In this document: in pieces, positions 59,421-64,000 of the stretch | Layout of the letters: each line of letters opens with the position of its first letter | Position numbering within the stretch: position 1 is the first letter of the stretch | Source of the DNA: an uncultured Spirochaetota bacterium | GTDB taxonomy: Bacteria; Spirochaetota; Spirochaetia; SZUA-6; CAVTHK01 | Reading direction: 5' to 3' | Assembly (NCBI GenBank): GCA_963734495.1 | Contig: CAVTHK010000001.1 | Coordinates: 256,001 to 320,000 of the forward strand | Length of the DNA: 64,000 nucleotides | Made by a program: the position numbers and the translations under genes | Notes under the pieces: model-generated | What the model saw: only the letters and a program-made list of their open reading frames with translations | Database searches by the model: none | What the model was told of the DNA's origin: nothing

Positions 59421-62400
59421 TCACGGCCTCGCCGTGATCATGAGCTTGTAGGGCGCGCCGATGACGGCCCCGACTGCCCACGACCGGACAGCCACGGCGT
59501 GGGTGTTGTTTGGGGCGTAGGTCGGCATGATCCACGGCGGAATGGTCGGCTCGATCCCCACGCCGAAGCTCGAGCTGAGCCATGGAATGTTGGTCCGATC
59601 GTTCCAGTGCAGCTCCAGGTCCGCGTCATCGCCCGGCGTGCCCGTGGTCCACGTCAGATAGATCTCGAGGTGCCCCACCGCTGGGTTGACCACGAAGCGG
59701 AACGTGTCGCGTATGGTCGTCGCGCCGTTGTCCAGCGCGCCCGTGATCAGGATCGCCTGGTCGAGCTGCAGGGTGACACCCGTGTCATTGCCGGCAAAGC
59801 CTGCCTGGAACGGCTTGTCGTCGTCGTTCGGCTCCGTCTCGGCGAACGTGTAGTTGTGGACAGGAATCAGGGTCGAGACATACAGGTCGTTGCCCGGGTT
59901 CGCATCATCGTCGGCATCGAGCTGGACGATCAGGTAGTAGCCGCCGCCCTTGGCGGCCCAGGTCCCGTTGAAGCCATTGAGGTCGTTCACGACAAAACTG
60001 GCCGAGCCAGCGAGCGCTGCGACCGTGCCCTGTGCGCCCGAGAACCAGTCGGAGGCATCGAGCGCCTTGTCTGGCGAGACGTAAGCGCGCCAGTGAATCG
60101 GGCTGTTGCCGGTGTTCGCGGTCAGGTTCTTTATGGTGAAGGTGCGCACGCCCGAGAATGCACCGCCCGGGCTCCCGTCCGTGGGGAAGGTCGCGGCGCT
60201 CACCGTGTAGTCCGGCCCGCCGGTCGTCACCACACCCGGGCTCGACGCCGTGTTGTTCCCCGTGTTCGAGTCGGTCTCCACCGATGTCGCCGTCGCGATC
60301 AGGTAGTAGGTCCCGGGGTCCATCGGCCAGAATCCGTCCTGGAAGCTCACGGTCGCGAAAGTCCCGGCGGCGAGGCCGGCGTGCATCCCCGATGCCACGA
60401 CCGGATCGACCCCGACCGTCAGAATCGGGTCCGCGGAGACGTAGACGGTCCAGAGCACGGAGCCGGTTCCGTCGTCGCTGCCGGCCAGGTTGTCGAGGCG
60501 GAAATCGCCCTTGAGGCTGGCGCCCGCGATAGTCAGCCCCGTGCTCTGCACGTTGCTCACGGCGTAGTCGACCTTGGGAGCCGCGACGGCGATCGGACCG
60601 AGGGACGCGGTGTCGTTGCCGGGGACCGTGTCGTCGGAAGCGGCGATGCGGACGAAGAGCCAGTAGTTGCCCGGCGCCGACGGCCAGGTGCCGCTGAACG
60701 GGATGGTGTCCGTCGGGTCCGCACTCGCCATCGGGCCGTGCGAGCCTGCGTCGACGACGGGGTCCACGCCTATTGTCAGCGTCGAGTCGCTCGAGCGGTA
60801 CACCGTCCAGCTCACGTTGACACCTGGCGTGCCGTTGGCTGAGCCCACGTTCTTGAGGTCGAACTGACCGGTGAAAGCCGCTGAGGCGCGCAGGCTGCCG
60901 AACCGCTGAACGTTCGAGACCTCGTAGTTCACGTCCGGGAGAGAGACCGCGATCGCGGCTGCTGATCTTCCCTCGTTGTCCGCCGGGTCGACTTCGTCGG
61001 CCGCGCTCACCCGCGCGATCAGGTAGTAGCTCGTCGGTATCGCGGGCCAGAAACCGTTGAAGGCCGGCGTCGTGCTCCCGCCCGACGAGAGACCGCCCGC
61101 GTAGACGTCGGTGTCCACGATCTGGTCTGCCGCGTCCCATGTCGTGTCGGTCGAGGCATAGACGCTCCAGTAGACGTTCTGCGCGCCGTTGCCCGTCCCG
61201 GAGTTCTGGAAGGTGAAGGTCCCGCTGACCGGTCCCCCTATGGTGGCTCCGGAGGAGTGAGTCACGCCGGTCACGATATAGTCGACCTGGGGCGGGGCGC
61301 CCGCGGTCACGGCCACGGAGGACGCGGTGCTCGCTTCATCGTTGAGCGAGGACACGTCGTCGCTCGCGCTGATGCGCACGACGATGAAGTAGTTGCCGGG
61401 AGTCGTGGGCCAGGCGCCACCGGTAAAGTCGTTGATCAAGACCGGACCAGGAGCCGAAAGCATAGCCGCCCGCGTCCCGGTCTTGATGACGGTGTCTCCC
61501 GTGTCCCAGGTGGGGTTGGTGGACGCGTACGCGGTCCACGTCACCGTCTTGGTGCCGTCGGCAGTGCCGACGTTGTCGAGCTCGAACGACGCGCTGACCG
61601 GCCCTCCGGCTATGCCGGGGAGGCCGCTGACGTTGCTCGGTGCGTAGTCCACGTTCGGCGGCGGGGGAGACGTGACCGCCACCGCCGCTGCCGTGCGGGC
61701 CTCATTGTCGCCCGGCGAAGTGTCGTCCGCCGCGCTGATGAGCACGATCAGGTAGTAGCTGTCCGCCGTGGCAGGCCAGAGCCCGCTGAAGCCGGGTGAA
61801 GTCGTGCCGCCTCCGGCGGCTATCGAGGAGCCGGATACCGATCCGGTGGCGACGAGCGGGTCTGTCGCCTGGTAGCTCGTGTTGGTCGACGCGTAGACGC
61901 TCCAGTAGATGATCGCCGAGCCGACAACCGAACCGCTGTTGGTAATGGTGAAGGAGCCCGTCACCGCAGCGCCCGCCACCGTACCGGACGAGTGCGTGAC
62001 ACCGCTCGGCGCATACTTCACGTCCGGCGGCGGACCGCCGGCAACCGTCACGGGAACCGCGCTGCTCGCCTCGTCGTTGCCTGAGGCGACGTCGTCGGCC
62101 GCGCTGATGCGCACGACGACGAAATAGTTGCCAGGCGTCGTGGGCCACGTGCCGCCGGCGAGACTGATCGGGACCGGTCCCGGCGCCGCAGCCATGAAAC
62201 CCTGCGTCCCTGTCTTGATGACCGTGTCTCCCGTGTCCCACGTAGGGTTCGTGGACGCGTACGCAGTCCACGCGACCGTCTTGGTGCCGTCGGCGGTGCC
62301 GACGTTGTCGAGATCGAACGATCCGCTGACTAGCCCCCCGGCTGTGCCGGCCACGGCGGTGACATTGCTCACCGCGTAGTTGACATTCGGCAGCGTCACG

Positions 62401-63482
62401 GCAATCACGCCGGTGACGCCCTGGTCATCGCCGGCGGTCGTGTCATCCGCGGCGCTGGCGCGGACGATCAGGTAGTAGCTCCCGGGAGAGGCCGGCCAGA
62501 AGCCGCTGAAGGCCGGCGAGGCCGAACCGCCTCCGGCCGCTATTGTGGCGCCCGCCACCGTTCCAGTAGCCACAACCGGGTCGGTCACCTGGTAGAGGGC
62601 GTCCGCCGAGGTGTAGACGAACCAGAAGATGGTCGCGCTTCCGACTGCCGCGCCGGAGTTGGTTACGGTGAAGCTCCCCGTCAGCCCGGCGCCTGCCGTG
62701 GTTCCGGAGAGGTGGGTCAGACCCGAGACCGCGTACTTGACGTCCGGCGGCGGCGGCCCCACCACCACCACGGGTCCCGTCCACCCCACGTTGTCCCCGT
62801 TGTCCACCTCTTCGCTCGAGCTGATCTGCACCAGCAGGTAATAGCTGCCGGGCGTCGTCGGCCAGCTGCCCCCAAACGGCATCGAGGCGCTGCTCGCTCC
62901 CGCAGCCAGCCACGACGCCGTCCCAGTCGCTACCACGTAGTCCCCGCCCAGCGACGTGTCCGCTGACGCGTACACCGTCCAGCTCACGTTCACAGTCCCG
63001 CTGTCCGCTCCCCCGTTGGCATACACGAACGTGCCCGTCACCGGCTGCCCCGCTGTCGTGCCGCTGCCGTGCCCCACGCTCGTCACACCGTAGTTCACGT
63101 TCGCCACAGCAGAGCTCTGGATGATCACCGCCGCCTCGCTGGTCGCTCCCAGCCCATCGGTGACACGCACCGTCTCGGTCCCCGTCGTCGTGGCGCTGGC
63201 AGTGTACGCCCCGGAGCTCGCTCCGATCGTGCTCCCTCCCACAGCAGTCACGATCGCGTACTGGTAGGAGCCCGCTCCGCCTTTCGCGGTAAAGGTCACG
63301 CTGCTGCCCTGCACCAGCGTGATCGCGGGCGGGCTGATCTGAAGGGCTCCGGCCCATGCCGCACCCTTCTCCCCTTCCATCAGCGTGCGGAATACAAAGT
63401 CGTTGCAGCCGACCAACCCGGCTACCGCTGCGGCGACCAGCGCGAACAGTGGCAGGACTGCTACCCTCGGGACTTTACGCAC
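59421..63482 (-). CDS. Large surface lipoprotein with N-terminal Ig-like domain, nine CARDB-like repeats and C-terminal PPC-like domain
   Basis: Lipobox LVGC; repeats of about 125 aa with VxYxV, NxG, WxxYxS, GxWPxxPGxYY and acidic DD/DN ends; ETEPNDD tail. Confidence 0.8.
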   Translation of the reverse strand: MRKVPRVAVLPLFALVAAAVAGLVGCNDFVFRTLMEGEKGAAWAGALQISPPAITLVQGSSVTFTAKGGAGSYQYAIVTAVGGSTIGASSGAYTASATTTGTETVRVTDGLGATSEAAVIIQSSAVANVNYGVTSVGHGSGTTAGQPVTGTFVYANGGADSGTVNVSWTVYASADTSLGGDYVVATGTASWLAAGASSASMPFGGSWPTTPGSYYLLVQISSSEEVDNGDNVGWTGPVVVVGPPPPDVKYAVSGLTHLSGTTAGAGLTGSFTVTNSGAAVGSATIFWFVYTSADALYQVTDPVVATGTVAGATIAAGGGSASPAFSGFWPASPGSYYLIVRASAADDTTAGDDQGVTGVIAVTLPNVNYAVSNVTAVAGTAGGLVSGSFDLDNVGTADGTKTVAWTAYASTNPTWDTGDTVIKTGTQGFMAAAPGPVPISLAGGTWPTTPGNYFVVVRISAADDVASGNDEASSAVPVTVAGGPPPDVKYAPSGVTHSSGTVAGAAVTGSFTITNSGSVVGSAIIYWSVYASTNTSYQATDPLVATGSVSGSSIAAGGGTTSPGFSGLWPATADSYYLIVLISAADDTSPGDNEARTAAAVAVTSPPPPNVDYAPSNVSGLPGIAGGPVSASFELDNVGTADGTKTVTWTAYASTNPTWDTGDTVIKTGTRAAMLSAPGPVLINDFTGGAWPTTPGNYFIVVRISASDDVSSLNDEASTASSVAVTAGAPPQVDYIVTGVTHSSGATIGGPVSGTFTFQNSGTGNGAQNVYWSVYASTDTTWDAADQIVDTDVYAGGLSSGGSTTPAFNGFWPAIPTSYYLIARVSAADEVDPADNEGRSAAAIAVSLPDVNYEVSNVQRFGSLRASAAFTGQFDLKNVGSANGTPGVNVSWTVYRSSDSTLTIGVDPVVDAGSHGPMASADPTDTIPFSGTWPSAPGNYWLFVRIAASDDTVPGNDTASLGPIAVAAPKVDYAVSNVQSTGLTIAGASLKGDFRLDNLAGSDDGTGSVLWTVYVSADPILTVGVDPVVASGMHAGLAAGTFATVSFQDGFWPMDPGTYYLIATATSVETDSNTGNNTASSPGVVTTGGPDYTVSAATFPTDGSPGGAFSGVRTFTIKNLTANTGNSPIHWRAYVSPDKALDASDWFSGAQGTVAALAGSASFVVNDLNGFNGTWAAKGGGYYLIVQLDADDDANPGNDLYVSTLIPVHNYTFAETEPNDDDKPFQAGFAGNDTGVTLQLDQAILITGALDNGATTIRDTFRFVVNPAVGHLEIYLTWTTGTPGDDADLELHWNDRTNIPWLSSSFGVGIEPTIPPWIMPTYAPNNTHAVAVRSWAVGAVIGAPYKLMITARP

Positions 63483-63676
63483 GGTTCCGCACCTCCGCGC
63501 CGGTGTCCTGGAGCGCGCTCGGCAGTGTGCTCCGCCTGTGCCGCGCCCGGCGGGCCTTTCTTTCGGGCCAGTTTGAATCTATCGCACGGCCGCCGCGTTC
63601 TCAGGCGGAAAACTCCCCTGCCTCCGCGACCGCGCCTACCAAGAGTATCGGACGGATCGGCCGTAATCCTGCCTGC

Positions 63677-64000
63677 CTACGGCCGCATGCCGGCGAGCGC
63701 CGGGTGATTCAGAAGGGCAGCCATGACGGTCCAGGCCTCGCCGCTGTCCGGCTTGTCGAAAACGGGCCGGAACCCGAAATCCAGATAGACTTTCACGGCG
63801 ATCCAGCTCGTCGTCTGGGTCGTCAGGTACGCGCTCGTGTGCCAGCGGCGCATGCGCGTCATGGCGGCCGAAACGAGGGGCTTGGCCAGCCCGCGGCCCT
63901 GGTAGGGAGGCACGATGGCGACCCAGTGGAGCCTGCCGATCGCCCGGCCGCCGAGCTCTCCGTGCCAGGCCGTGCTGGTGCCGATCGGCGCACCGCCGGG
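63677..64000 (-). CDS. GNAT acetyltransferase (5'-truncated by window edge)
   Basis: LHWVAIVPPYQGRGLAK, AVKVYLDFGF. Confidence 0.85.
   Translation of the reverse strand, partial: PGGAPIGTSTAWHGELGGRAIGRLHWVAIVPPYQGRGLAKPLVSAAMTRMRRWHTSAYLTTQTTSWIAVKVYLDFGFRPVFDKPDSGEAWTVMAALLNHPALAGMRP

Noticed and set aside
59421..63482. Diversity-generating retroelement target or template
   Set aside because: No reverse transcriptase in the window, and repeat differences are mostly synonymous rather than adenine-specific.

Overview
High-GC bacterial chromosome segment, most likely a free-living anaerobic or facultative spirochaete. This is an inference from the FAxGxxE-type N-termini of the solute-binding proteins, the glycyl radical enzyme and the overall gene content. 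About 60 genes, mainly catabolism, transport and redox. (1) 1-16.6 kb: a divergent cluster with two Cys-type sulfatases, two paralogous family-5 binding proteins, an ATPase-less Opp-type ABC system, an ATPase-less sugar ABC system, two paralogous SIS proteins, a URO-D-like protein, an amidohydrolase and an MDR dehydrogenase. (2) 16.6-24.6 kb: deoxynucleoside kinase, GH127, a VapBC pair flanked by a 15-bp direct repeat, an ADP-ribosylglycohydrolase, and a HypD-type glycyl radical enzyme with no adjacent activase. (3) A Crp/Fnr regulator with a CRP box ahead of DUF2892, CoADR-rhodanese and rhodanese genes. (4) A MEDS-GAF hybrid kinase, PrsW, an enolase-family enzyme, and a sugar ABC system with a GDPD. 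(5) Miscellaneous enzymes, an ABC exporter pair, menA-like and galE. (6) An AmmeMemoRadiSam-type radical SAM gene coupled to a TrxB-like protein that lacks NADPH motifs, behind a palindromic operator. (7) HEPN/MNT, a URO-D/Zn-PLC-like/MBL/AKR run, and a 1353-aa lipoprotein with nine CARDB-like repeats. No tRNA, rRNA, CRISPR array, transposase or integrase was seen. Roughly 20 single-base frameshifts look like long-read assembly errors, so several long ORF-track fusions are artefacts. All assignments come from motif recognition by eye; no database searches were run.
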